Source: Lingula anatina
Taxonomy: Eukaryota; Animalia; Brachiopoda
Direction of reading: 5' to 3'
NCBI GenBank assembly: GCA_051362555.1
Contig: CM120640.1
Coordinates: 43,068,788-43,132,787, forward strand
DNA length: 64,000 nucleotides
In this document: piece after piece, positions 24,027 through 37,500 of the stretch
Position numbering within the stretch: position 1 is the stretch's first letter
How the letters are laid out: every line of letters starts with the position of its first letter
Translations under genes and position numbers: made by a program
Notes under the pieces: generated by a model
Seen by the model: the letters and a program-made list of their open reading frames with translations, nothing else
Told to the model about the DNA's origin: nothing
Databases searched by the model: none

Positions 24027-27000
24027 AACCTTGATATGATGTGTATTTGCATTTATACCCAGCACATAAAGGTACTAAGAAATATTATCAAATGACGATT
24101 TCTTTCCTTTTAAATACTAAATGATGTGTTAACGCGTAAAGTGCAGAATATTATAAACAATTGACGTTTTAAAAAGGAATTTGATTAAAAAAACACATTA
24201 TCTTTCCAGATGGACAGACATCAAGAATAAACTATTTTGTCAATCAAATTTGACTTTTTATTTTTAAAGTGGTTTACTCAAAATTTGAGAAGGTCAATGG
24301 CAGTGACATTAGAAATTTATAGTCATTGCAGGTTCTTCTGTCATTTACAGAGAAAAGCGAATGTAAAGTTAACTGTTTGAAAGGGGGCATATACTCACAA
24401 TCGATAGACTACGTTAGTTGAGGCCCCACTAAACAAAACATTAGTCTCCAAATTGTGTTGTCGCTCAACTAGCACATTTTTGAATACGACTCGTTTCTGG
24501 CACCAGTTAAATTTTAACGTCACAGACATTCCGTGTTGCTGTTCCATAAACTTTTCGAGGAGCATCGATTTGCATGTTTGTTTTCGTCTTTTACACAACC
24601 AGACCTACCGAAAGGGTTGAAAGGAGGAGAAGATTCACAAAGGTGAATTTTTTCACTAACAATTTGTGAGTCACATAATAGTCATCAAAGAAAAGGGATG
24701 CCCCCTTCAGACTGGTTGAAAGTAGAACATGCGCTACAAACATCATATCTATATTGGTTCGGAATTCTCCGATTTCTAAACAAACTACAGATGTTTTCTC
24801 TGAACTCCAGCAATAAATCTTGTAAGTTTCTGTTGTTGGTCAAGTGAACGCAGCAGCTTGGTAGAAATATTTCCTGCTTTTGTTCGCACTACAAGCCCGT
24901 TCCGCTACTGCCAACGTTGCAGCGACAAGTGTGCGTCATGCCACCGTATTTCGAAACCATAGGCTTCCACGTTATATCTTTAGGACAACTTGTATCTTTT
25001 TGATGTTAAGGACGTTGTTTTCTAAATTTTTTAAAACTTAAGTTTTTCAAAACCTTTCTTGAGTACAGATATCGTTTTCTTTAGAGACAAAAAAAATCGT
25101 GATGTTCATTCTTTCCAGATCTAGTTAGTGCACAAAGTCGCTTTAAATCGAGAGAGAGAGAGAAAGAGAGAAAGAGAGTGTGTATATTTTTGTGCCATAT
25201 GTTGTAAAATACAAAATAACACGAATAATTTACTGTCGACCTCACAGAAACGGTGAGACGATGTAAACAGCGCAATCCATTTCAGCTCTGGCCATGAGCG
25301 CCCGTTTATTCCAGGTCTGAGTTCCCGCTATTTATAGACAGTTGATTCAGACGGAACGGTGTTACAGCAGGCTCCACGCGACACTGAAAGCATTTTCAAA
25401 TAGCCTACGAAAAAGGAAGTCAATGATATCAATGTTCACCCTGAGAGTGAAAAATGCTTAATGCAAAAAAAGGCAATTAAGGGATATGCAGCAGGGAAAC
25501 GTAGAAGACTTATCTGTAATTGTCAACGTCAACGTCGAGCCTTGTCATGTCTGTAGCTGTTTTCTCCATTAACATTTTAAAAAGAAGTTGGCTATTTGAG
25601 GATAACACATGGCGCTGCAAATACACTATAACACCCGCCCCTTGTTGCAACTTTGTTTGTTATGCTAAATCGATCCACAAAACAACTTTGGACGGAGCGA
25701 TGAAAACAAACCTCAATCGGCAAAGTGGATAATCAAATTATGGCAGGTCTTTCAAGGTTGAAGTCGGTATCCAAGCTATTCTACTTCCATTACACCGTCA
25801 CCTGTCTTATAGATTACAACCCTCGCGTGAGAGACTTATATTTATCTATCTCTCGCGTTGATACCGCGGTAAGATTATACAGTAATCATTTGAGATGGAA
25901 ATTGTGAAGTTATCACTGGTGCCCAGGGGTGGACAAGGGATTGGCAGGGGGGTACATTTTTTATAGTTGTAGCTCATGCGTCAACATGCTCTTACCTGCA
26001 TGAGACGGTTCTCTTTGGTTGAACGAGATCGAATCGTAACTTTGTTGAATGCTATTAAATTTCCTGCATTTCACTTTTTTTTTTTGGCGCGTAAAACTGT
26101 AAAAATACTCAACTTTTTACTAACTCTGCTAATGGTTTGATGTAAACGTACGCGTCACTGAGAAACTTATTTGGTCGAGGTGTTTCAAATCGTGCCTTTG
26201 TATGGACGTATGACTTTTGACCAGACAATATCATTTTAACCTTGTTTTCATCTAAGCCAAAACATAATTTGCCTAATTTGTGTAGGAATCTCCCTCCCCC
26301 GGACATAAGTATTATTCTAATAGTTTATAATGGAAGGGTAAAATTACTCCCTACTACCACAGCTAGTGCGGAGGAAGAAGCCAATAGCATGGCCTGGGAG
26401 AAAAGCGACACACCAAAAACCATTTAGGAGAATAAATTTTGACATTTATGAGCATCAAAATGCAATATCATACAGTAGCAATAAGAATGATAACCCGAAT
26501 TACCCCGGGCTTAATTCTACTGCTCAAATTATGGTATTGTTACAATACAAAGACATCTGATATCTGAGTCAAGATATGATAATAGCCTAGACTCCGTCGA
26601 CTACTGCCATGCGTTTCATTACACAGTACTCCACCTTGGCCTTCATTATAACTATTTAGTTTTGAAAAGCGTCGAAACCTTGGTTGCGGGATATATATTA
26701 AACAGTAATATAGGAAGCATGATGATATACAATATTCACATTTAGAGAAATAATAAAAAATATCAATCTGCGATCTATTAACTAATTAATCTGCAACAAT
26801 ATCACAACGTTTAAATATTCCTATTGAGCGTTTCACTTATAAACAAAACTCATTCCCATCACATGACGAATAATCATAAGACGCACATTAAGTTGATGTC
26901 AGTAGTAACTCCACGTAATGTGAAGACGCCATGCAACAATTAAATACACCATCTGTCTTTCACAGGCCTTGCCTTTGTAACATACTTTTGTCTGTCATAA

Positions 27001-30000
27001 AACATTAGGCTTTCTTTCTTTCACTGCCCTTTGTTTCACCGTGTTAGTAATCCTACAACTCAAAAACAACACGTTTTACAGAGAAATATTGACCAAAACA
27101 GCCCTTTCTAGATGCATGTAAATCTACACAACTCGAAGAAAAAAAACGTTAAATTGTGGGCGTATGTTGAAAACCGGAATTGCGCACGAAATTCGACAGG
27201 AAAAGTGCTGGTTTTGATTGCACTCGTTTTGAAGCCAGTATTATCAGAACCCAGCCTAGCTCTTGCAAACCCCATTCCCATACCATACACTTTGCATTAT
27301 GTCTTTAGGTGATAGTTACGCGTCACTGTGGCCTATACACTGCATTATATGTTATAACCAGAATCCTTAAGTAAACAATATCATCAGCTTTACAAACAGT
27401 TGGTATATAAATTCTACTGACACAAGATTTAAAAAAACTAAATTTCCTGTCACGTGCCAGCACTAAGTGCGCAGTAGGGAAGGGAACCATTACGATCAAA
27501 CGCAATTATATAAACGGTAGAATAGTTCTTTAGTCAATTTCTGCAACAGACGGTATTTTTGATAGCCTGAAGTTTAATAGTCAAATTGCAGCCATTTCAC
27601 AGAGTTCCGTAAAAGTTCATTACTGGAGCATGAGGCGTGTTTTAAGTGGAAAAGGTATAGTTGTTTTCCATTTCGCGTGAGCATATTTATTCATATTTCC
27701 TATAAGTGTTATCCCCGATTGGTACCTCATTTAACAAACTAGCAGATTTGAAGTGCCGACGACTTCCTTCTAAACTGTAAGCCCTGTAATTTATTAGAAT
27801 ATTGCTGCAACCTATGAGAAAAACCACTGAAGTTAAAAATGAATATCAACAATATCCATTACTGTGAGAAATTGACTGCAAGATCTAAAGAAACGGCTTT
27901 TCTGGACAAGCAAGGCATTAAATTTGCCCACTTTTCTAACACAGTATCATGTACAAATCAAACACACCCCTCCATGATGTGTTTGTTCACTCATACCGAT
28001 GTAAAATCATCTGGGGCATTAAAAACACAAGGGGCACCAACGCTACGCTATCCATTGCACAGACAAGGTCTGTTTTTTGTCAACATTGGATTGCGGATAA
28101 AAACATAACCTCTAACTTTATTAAGCAAGTTGCCCGAGTTTGTTTAAAAACAAAGAAGGTGGAGAAATCGTCAAGAAGCCATGTAGTGAATTGTCTGTGT
28201 TAATTTCCCGAATTTACAGCTTCCAGGATCCCGGTTATTTAAAACGTAGACTTGCCCTTTGCCATATTGACTGCGTCTTAACTGTGCCAGCACCAAATAA
28301 TAAATCAATCTGGTTATTCCAAAATATGCGGCTGTTCAGTACCCCGTGTTTCAGAGGATTTACTGCCAGAAAGCAATTTCTCACCCAGCGCTTGTCTTAG
28401 GTTGCCGCAACAGTAAAGCGCGGTTCTTTAACACGCAGGGTACCTAGAGAAAGCCTGCAGCTTTCCTACACTGGACTACAGAGGTCTTCAGGCGTGTGGC
28501 CTCTTGGCGAAATCATAACGCACCTGCCTGGTACCCCACTGTGATTTCAGACCATAACAAGAACTTCTTGAACAGGGAAAACGACTGTTACTTCCCTAAA
28601 AATTAGTGTTATCTTTCCACGGAGGACAATATCGCTTGTTATGATCTGAATAGCGAACACTTTTCTGATGCTTAACTTTAACGAATCGAGTGTAAACTCT
28701 TCGAAAAGATGCAGTTCTGTCTACTCAGACAGGAACGAGATGACCTCCCAAGATCTTGATTTCAGACATGAAACAATTTAATACCCTCTGTGCAATTAAC
28801 AAGTAACACTAGTCATCGTAGGTATCCACAATGAGCAAGAACAACCTCTTACACAAGACAAGATCTTTTACTTAGGTTAAAAATGGGGTGACAGGCACTT
28901 GATAAGTCCTTGATGGCAGACACTTAAACATTTAACACTTTCCGTGTTATTAACAGCGAACGTTTGTCATCGCCTTTCAACCAGTTTCCTTTGATAGTTC
29001 ACTACAAGGGCGTTCTTGCATGTTTATATGTACATTTTGTGGGGTATAAAATTAGACACGTTTGATTTTGATGTCAAGCTGTGTGATGTAAATAGGCTAT
29101 AAAATGTAAACAATTCAATCCATGGGACCTGTCCAAAAATAGTTTCGTATTTTCTTTTAAACATGACAGCAAGGTATATATCATCAGCCCTCTTAATAAA
29201 TGCATACCGTCTTATTATCACTAGCTCAATTTTCGGCCATCTTGCCGCATATCACCTCTAGAATCTTGGCGAAGTATATCTTTTGTCATCTTTCTGACAT
29301 CACTGCTTCATTCTTAATCATTTCCTTTCCTTAAAAGTACTATTAATAAAACCTCTAAAAAGATTTCTCATTAACCCATTTTTTTTTACAATTTTGATAC
29401 TTCAGTGTTAACGTGGCACTTACGACATATCAAACTTATTAATTACTTAACTACACCCCCCCCTTTAAAAATGCTCAAACTAATGTATCATGCATTTAAC
29501 AAATCAACAGAGAAACTTATGAACTGAAATTTGGCCAGAGCTGGATCGCGGTGACATTCACATATTCAGCCGACACACTGTCTGTCCATATTGCGTGTAA
29601 TGACAACATCTATTGCATCTTCCTCGACTGAGATCACGAAAATATGTCGTATCAAGCATCAAGCAATGGCCTCCTTTGCATGATAATCGAGATATCAATT
29701 CAACGTCCATTCATAATTGTATTAATGGCTACTTGTATTCATCTCGTAACTTTCCCTCTCGGCAAGATAATTAAGAAGATCGCAGAGAGATGCACCATTG
29801 TACCATTAAGTGTTAAAATAAAAATGAGCTGGCTTAAGAACTGCAGTAATTAAGACTAGAACGAAGCCCGTGGCGATCTTATATGCTGGTCATACTAAAT
29901 CCATAGTGTCATGTACATGGGATGCAATCCGTAATATTTTTATCTATTCATATCCTTGTCCGATCGTGGCAAGTCAGAATGAGTCATGCAGTAAAAACAT

Positions 30001-30354
30001 ATTTTGTTCATCGTAAAAAAGCAGAATGGTGTTAAAAACGCAAGAAGGTATTAAACAACACAGAGTGCTGCGGGTAACTTAAGTTCGTTACCTCAAATAA
30101 AAATAAAATGCGTTGCTGGCACATGATTCATGCTGTTCACATGGTGACCGTTGATTAATATCCTTCGAGTTATATACCACGGGTAAATACGCCATGTGTT
30201 TTTTCGAAAGAGCAAGTTGCTGGTGGTTTTATTCCGTGTCATGGCGTAAAACCTTCTAAACGCCTTGCTGTATCTTTTACTGGAAACAGTTTGTCAATTT
30301 AATCTCCTATGACCCAATACACTTACATTGGATCGTTCTCACAGATGTGCTCGG

Positions 30355-31530
30355 TCAGCTTGCTACACTGTTTAGTTGTCCCGATTGGCTGCTCGTGTGA
30401 CCATTTTTCTGTTGTTTTAGATGCCAAATGTCCCTGTCCCCCTCCCGAGGGGAAACAAGAGAATGAAGTGTCACCAACCGATCTCTGTCACAACGCTCAA
30501 GTTTTGTCACATGCTCAAAACAACATGGCTGTGAAATGTCATTTTTCTTCGGTGGCTTGTAATGCCTCCGATTAGATCTGAGTTTCTTTTCTAACTCTTT
30601 CCTTTTCTTTCCCTTTTTCCTACTCACATTCAAGAGATCGTCCTCGGGATCGGATATTAAATCATGATAAGTCCTCTGAAACTCCGCCGCGGCGAACGCA
30701 TCATCAAAGCTTAGGCCGACGATCTTGGTGTGATCTGTGGAGAGATGAAGGGTGTGAAAATTTGGGTGTGGCGACTTATAGTTTGTGAGATGATCGATAG
30801 AGTCCCTCCAAAGAATAAACCCCGTGCCTCTCTCAGCTAGAATGATATGTAGTCGCCGCTTTCTGTGCCCTTCCCCCGTGTCCAGTAATAACAAGGGGAT
30901 TCCCGAATGTGCTAGGGTCCAAGAGTCTACCGTGGCGCTGCCTTTCAGCGTCCCAAAGTACAGATTAGCAAGACCTTGGCAACATATCACGTCCGTTTTC
31001 AAACTTTTATAGAAGGACTCCACTTGTCCGATGTCGTCTTCGGTAATTTCATCAACCTCCTCCAGGCCCGTCATGAGTGTGCTTTCTTGTTTCCCACCTG
31101 CGGCTGTCTGTGCCTGCTGCGGCTGCTGTTGACAGAATACATTATTCTCCACGAAGGCGGTTTTTACCTTGCCTAATGAGTCATACTTTTCCGTGATCAC
31201 TTTGGCCGCAACTTCGCCATCTTTCTTGGTTGAATGCTGTTCATGTTGCGGCTGTTGTTGCGAGGTCATTATATCAGCCGGTTGGACAAGAGAAGAAGGC
31301 GAGGAGTAAAGGGGTTCTTTACCATCTGCTACAGGCGTCAGCGGAACATCAGTGAATTCCAACACACGGCTACGTCTGTTTAAATTCTTCCTCTCCTGCG
31401 TCCCGGTGGGGTCACCTCCCTCTCCCGTCTCCGGTGGTGGCACGGGGATGTTTTGAAAGTGCAGTATATCCAACTCCTCCTCTATTCTGGACAGCCGCCA
31501 GTTTTGCATGACGCGTTTGATATACGACAT
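30355..31530 (-). CDS. MESR3: WH1/EVH1-domain protein with basic region and CRIB-like motif, MESR3 (misexpression suppressor of Ras 3)-like, 391 aa, single coding exon
   Basis: The ORF track starts at TTG 31548; the first ATG (31530) has AAAACCATG context. WH1-like region GIPLLLLDTG..LHIILAERGTGFILWRD..FHTLHLSTDH..GLSFDD..AAEF, then a K/R-rich stretch and DISQPCCFEHVT. A splice acceptor (TTTTATCTTTTCAG) near 31774 implies upstream 5'UTR exon(s). The MESR3 assignment is recalled motif similarity. Confidence 0.85.
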   Translation of the reverse strand: MSYIKRVMQNWRLSRIEEELDILHFQNIPVPPPETGEGGDPTGTQERKNLNRRSRVLEFTDVPLTPVADGKEPLYSSPSSLVQPADIMTSQQQPQHEQHSTKKDGEVAAKVITEKYDSLGKVKTAFVENNVFCQQQPQQAQTAAGGKQESTLMTGLEEVDEITEDDIGQVESFYKSLKTDVICCQGLANLYFGTLKGSATVDSWTLAHSGIPLLLLDTGEGHRKRRLHIILAERGTGFILWRDSIDHLTNYKSPHPNFHTLHLSTDHTKIVGLSFDDAFAAAEFQRTYHDLISDPEDDLLNVSRKKGKKRKELEKKLRSNRRHYKPPKKNDISQPCCFEHVTKLERCDRDRLVTLHSLVSPREGDRDIWHLKQQKNGHTSSQSGQLNSVAS

Positions 31531-34500
31531 GGTTTTTATTATTAACAAGATCCTGACCTATGACGTAGCTTTCTAGCTGCAGGAAAAACCATTAAAGGGG
31601 CAAGTAAAAACACCCCATTTACATGCCTGAAGGCGGGTTTTAATAGAAGATAAAAGGCTTCGTCGGAGTGGTGGCCAACTGACAAGAAATCTTCAGGTGT
31701 AAGACAATTATCCTTCCGTAATAATGCTAGGTGTTTTGTCCAGTCCAATCTCCAGTCTATCTCTCAGAAAAATCTGAAAAGATAAAATATACCGCTGCTC
31801 AATCAATGCATCAAAGCTACTTACTGCCTCTCTCACATACTCTAAAAATAACCTGAGACGGAGGAGAAAAAAAAATGATGAACCAGACCACCGTAAAAAC
31901 AGCTGCCGTCAGTGTATTTTTATCTTTTTTTAAAGATAAATTCTAAAATGTCAAAGTTACTTGGCTCCTGGAAAATAAAACGATGGCCCCTTTATATGTC
32001 AGTGTGCATAATCTAATGAGTTGTAGCGGAAGAAAATCTAAAATTAACATTGTCACGAAAGGAAATTAACGAATTTAACAAACAAAAATTCAAACCTCAT
32101 ATTTAACCGCGGTTTACCACTTTGAGGAAGAAATTGATCTAAATGCTCTAAGTGGGGTCGTCCTTGTTTTATCAAAATCATGATCGGAATAAATAAACAG
32201 TGAGAAAGTCAGAATGACTTGGCGTTTACAACTACTGCACTCTTTGCACGGTAAATCACTGAAAACAACAGACACTAAAACCCAGTTAGCTGGCCCGTGA
32301 CGAAATGCTCAGACTGTTCAAAGCACATTGCAACAGTTGCGATTCTCAGCACAATATTACCAAACATGGTCAACCAAAAACACCACAGGAAGCTTTTCAC
32401 TCATTTAACCCAGATGCTAAAGTAAGGGTAATATAAATGTATTTCATATTACTGATTATCTTCATTGAAAATAAAAATTAACATATTCTTCAGCAATGTA
32501 CGCGAACTAGCAAAAAAAGCAAACGCGTTTGTAAGCATTTAAAATGCTTAAAACTAGAACCGAATGAACTTGTTACCGATTATACGCTATTTACTTAGAC
32601 CTTACTCTTCTTTTTTCACCTTGAACTTTTTATGTAGTTCTCCTGGAAATTTTCCATTCAGGAAAGGCACAACTTATGCATTGTTTATCAACAGAAATTA
32701 GACATCTGAGAAGTTTTCTTGGCGAGCTCTTGTCCTTTGCGTCTTAGCTATCTCTTTTTCCAGGAATCGCAAATGAATCGCATACAAATTGGGTCTGTCT
32801 GTGTCCGCACTAGTGATTACTAATCTGTCAAATTAGACTTTGAAGATGTACTTTTATTAGTCACGTACGTTTTCAGTTTTTGATGTATTTCTTTGAGATC
32901 AATTTCAGATTAGCTTCATTATTACTAAGAGTCTTGAACATATTTCAACGCACACAAGCTCGATTGTTCTGAACAAAGCCGGAATTTAAACAAGGAGAGG
33001 ATGGTAGGAGATGGCAAAAACAGCAAGAAAAAGAAGCTAAACAAACAGCCGCCCGTCAAAAAACAACTGTCAAAAATACTAAACAACACCTACCATTTAG
33101 GGCAGCAGTCCAAGTTTTTTCTATTAGTAAGCGCTACCTCCGCGCCGCAGTGACATTTAAAGACGTTATATTTAGCTACAGGTAACCCTTGTTAAACTCG
33201 GAAAAAAGTGATGGCGCTATTGGCTTTCAATTAGATTCTCATTAGGGCTGTCTCTTGGACTGTTTACCCGGAAAGTGGCTCCCGGGGTGTCGAGGGCGAC
33301 GGGTCACCAATTACTAGGTAAAACCCTACCAGAAATTTTGCTCCTGAGGTTGTCAAAACAGAAGCCATCTTATTCCTTCAAATAGACCGATGATGGCGTT
33401 AGTACAAAACTGTTTCCTTTATTGTTTTTTTTTTCCAAAGAATTAGACAGTGAATAGAGGCCAACATTGACAGGCAAAAAATTAATTACTGGAAGCCCTA
33501 TCTGGTTCTCATGACCAATGTTGAGGTTTATGGCATCATTCTGATGATGCGTCAGCGTATTGAGGGGGCGAGACAAATATGACGAAGGTCGTATCCTACA
33601 ATGCGTTCTTTCCATGGTTACGCATCTTCATAGTAGCTATACACCAATATAGCGTCACCAATGAATGTTTTACACGTTTGCCGTAAGATTTGATATGTTA
33701 TGAAGTATTTCAGCAACTTTCGGCGATTGCCAGTTAATTTTTTTTTCGAACGAGATACACGTAAAGATCATATCGGAAATGCGGCGCATATAGCATTAGG
33801 ATACCTTCAGATTCCGCTACAAGAACTAACACGCTGCGACATCTAACACAATCTTGGCAGTGGTTGATCTTGCCTCTGCACCCTTCTGCCTAAGAAAATG
33901 CTTTCAAACATCACAGGCGAATCGAAATGGATTTCAACAGCACTTCTGTTGTGCTCCCTTAGTTGCGGTCAACTATGGCCGTACTTGACCAATGTCTACT
34001 GTCACCAGTGCCGATTTCATTTGCAAACGTTTCACTATGACAGCTGATATATTTAGCTGTCTTTTAGGCAAATCCTATTGAGAAAAAGAACTATCGGCAG
34101 TAAGGTAGACGCTTTGGTAGTATTCTAAGGTGCTTAGCGAATGAACAAAACATAAGGCAATGAAAGAGATGAGCGCAATCATAGATGAGCACAATTACCA
34201 TATAATATTATCAATCAGCCATTAAAGAACCCAGAGTCATTAAAAGAACAAGCTGAAATCGTCATCTTGAGGACCAAAGTAAATCATCTTGGCTCACACC
34301 TGCTGGGCTGGACCAGTTTAAACACATATACGTTACTTTGTAAAGAGCAGCTGACAGTGCGCTGGTGTCAGAGCGAACCAGACTTGAAACTGTTTTTGAC
34401 TTGTGCAAACGGACCTTAAATGAGTCATCGTCATTCTAATTAGCATGCTCCTAGAAACCCAGGAAATTGATAAATACGAATGCTAAGCAAACATTTGATC

Positions 34501-37500
34501 TCTTATTCCATCTCCATCAAGGCATCCGGGGCCACTTAGTTTCTTTGTCCGTGTTTTATTTAGTCCGATTTCAGTATCTTTCAGTGCGTTGGGTTTGTTG
34601 AAAAAAAAAGCCTACCTGGCGTTCTAGGCACGTTGTTGTATGCAAAGACAGTTTTGCTGTGTCAGTGTTATAAACGAGTAAGCTTGCCATTTCAGTGTCC
34701 AATTCTTATGAAAATTTATGCTATTCCTTGCTTTATGAAAATAATGCTTTTACGTGTAGTTCTGTTAGGCAAAAGGTGGAATAAAGTAAATGTGCTTTGC
34801 TAGGTTTTGGTCATATTATGATATTTTTCTAGATATCATTTACGTCAACACTGTACTTAAAGTTAGATTTCATGACATCTATATACTTGTCGCCAGTCCT
34901 TCACTGGGAATACTTTGCATATCACCTGCGTGCTATAGATGTCTTGGTTGTGCCAAACCAGCTGAGCTATGGACAAGTTTGAAAACTACGACGGTTTTCT
35001 GACAATATGTGTGGTTAAAATGTGCTTTGATCTTTCACATACCTGTCCCTGTCTACAGTGTTAAAGGCTACTTGTAAGGTACTTAAGGTGCGGTTGATCA
35101 CGGTCATCACGAGAGCGGCGTACCCTGGCGAGCAGTGGCTAACTACAATGCGATGAGTTTTGTCAGTAAATGCTTGTGTTTTAAATAAAATTTACAGGTT
35201 TTTGAACTTATAAATGGGCAAAAGACATCAATTTTCACTACTATACTTTAAAAACTGAAAATTATTTCATTATTTGCAAGGTTAATGGTCATTCAGTTTT
35301 TCATACAAAATAAGTCTCCAATTTCTTTTTTCAGTCTTTCTCCTGTATAGATAATACTCTAATAGGTAAGCCACCTATTTATAAAAACCTTAAAACCACG
35401 ATCAACACAAAGTACTGGATATATTTTTCCTTTTTTTGCTAAACCGCAGACAGCAATCTAACCATCCTACCCAATGCCCAATACAGGTTTCTCGCTGAAC
35501 GTGCCCGTTAATGGGACCATAAACCTCGGTATGTGACAGGGTTATAAAGGCCGGTAATAACGTTAGGTATAATCTTTCTAGTTCCATGGGTCAGTTGCTG
35601 TAAACTTGTCACACACTGACACTGCCCGGTGACACGCACAGCCGGCATGTACCGAAATCTGGGTGCAAGTCCAGGAATGTCCCACAACCGGATGTTGCCT
35701 TGGTCAGCTAGTGGAACATTTATCTCTCCCCCCCCCCCCCAGCGGTCCCCCTCAAATCAACAAACCCTTCTTAGTATACAAATACCCTCTACCAGGGCCG
35801 TAAAATCTCTAACGCGAGAAAAGTGCCATGAATTAACGAAAGACATGTCTCTAAATATCTAATGAAAAAACAATCTGTAGCCCTGGAAGACGGTAGCCTA
35901 GTAAACAAAACTATAATGAACTAATTTGTGTTTCCACAGTTAACCTAAGCTGTCGCCATGGGCGTGACACCAGTCACTGGTCTCTGCAAGCAAATACATC
36001 CTCATATATTTTTTATACCGTGTGCCAATATTCCCATATATTATACAATGATATGAATGAAGACAACATACACCAATGTATACTGCCATTAACCAATACA
36101 ATATCTTACTCATAATACCTGGATACCCTTTAAAAAGGTAAAGCCAGACAGGTAACAGCTGGAACATATCTCTCCTTCAAGGATTACTGTACAAATATGA
36201 AACCAAAACACAACCTGGTGAGTGAATTTACAGATTTATACGTGAAAGTTACTCACGAGAAGTTGGGCATAAATCTTAGCATACACACAAAAACTTCCCA
36301 AATTAAATAATTCAGGGGCGCATGTAATTACTCAGAAGCCGAGCTTCTTTGTCCGCCTTGTGTATCTGTAATCCATTACACCATATGTCGAATATATCAC
36401 TTGTGCACACCTGGCCCGCGAAACCTTTCATCTCAAGAAATAAAGAGGAGGTAATTAATCAAGTGCAACTCGCTCCACGTGGTACTCTTACATTATGGAC
36501 GCTTATGTTGTAATATGTGTCCAGTGCTGGTCAGTTATATCCCGCCTGACCTCAATGAAAATACCGCGTTAATTATGTATAGCATTCAAAACGCATACCT
36601 ACACTGCACAGGTATATGTAGATGACCAGAGGAATGAACATAGTTATCTAACATCGTCCGGAGAATTGCAGCCAAATGCAAAGGGGCCGGTGTGTTAAAA
36701 GTAAATGCCTAATATTTACTGTTTGGAAAGCTGGTCCATTCATCAGGAATTTGTGTCTATATGCAGTGTTTGGTGTTTACATTTTAGGGGTATTGGAGAA
36801 GATCTAAACTAAAAGCGTAGCTTGCTTTTAGCATAGTTGACACAATACCCTAAATCCACGCAGAAGTCAGATGACCCGGTCATACATTTGTCACAACTCA
36901 AACACAAAATGTGACCAAAACATACAACTGATACTCTGCAGCTATAGCCCAGTTTCGTCACGTTTAGTATCAAATTGAAAGAAATTGACTGAGGCCCTGG
37001 TAATAGTCTATAAACTAAAGCGACTAGAGCAACGACAGTATAGGAAAGACGATATTGAGCATGCAAGAATATATACCCCTCCCCCTTCCCGCCCATATCA
37101 TTTCCAGTATGCAGTACGTTCGCATAATCCCTACGTGGCTTCAACGTCATTTCTCTGACAACTTCAACTATCTTTAACATCTAACCTTAACAGTAAGTAA
37201 TCTGCAAAACCGCTTAACGATACAGAAATAGAAAACACGCTATCTTTGGTGTGGATCGGAATTTTCTGAAACCGTTTTAAAAACGTAGTTGTCGTTATTC
37301 CAGTATGAGTAAATGTTAATATTAACACCCACAGTAGTCTGTGATAGTTTCCACACACACTTATATATAGCCATTATACTGTAACAGTAACACATGGACC
37401 CACGTGTCCGACACCGTTGTGTTAATCAAATTTTTCAACAAAGTGGACAACAGCAAAGCTACTTAAGTCCGCGTTCTTTGAACATCCCGGCAGAAACCAC

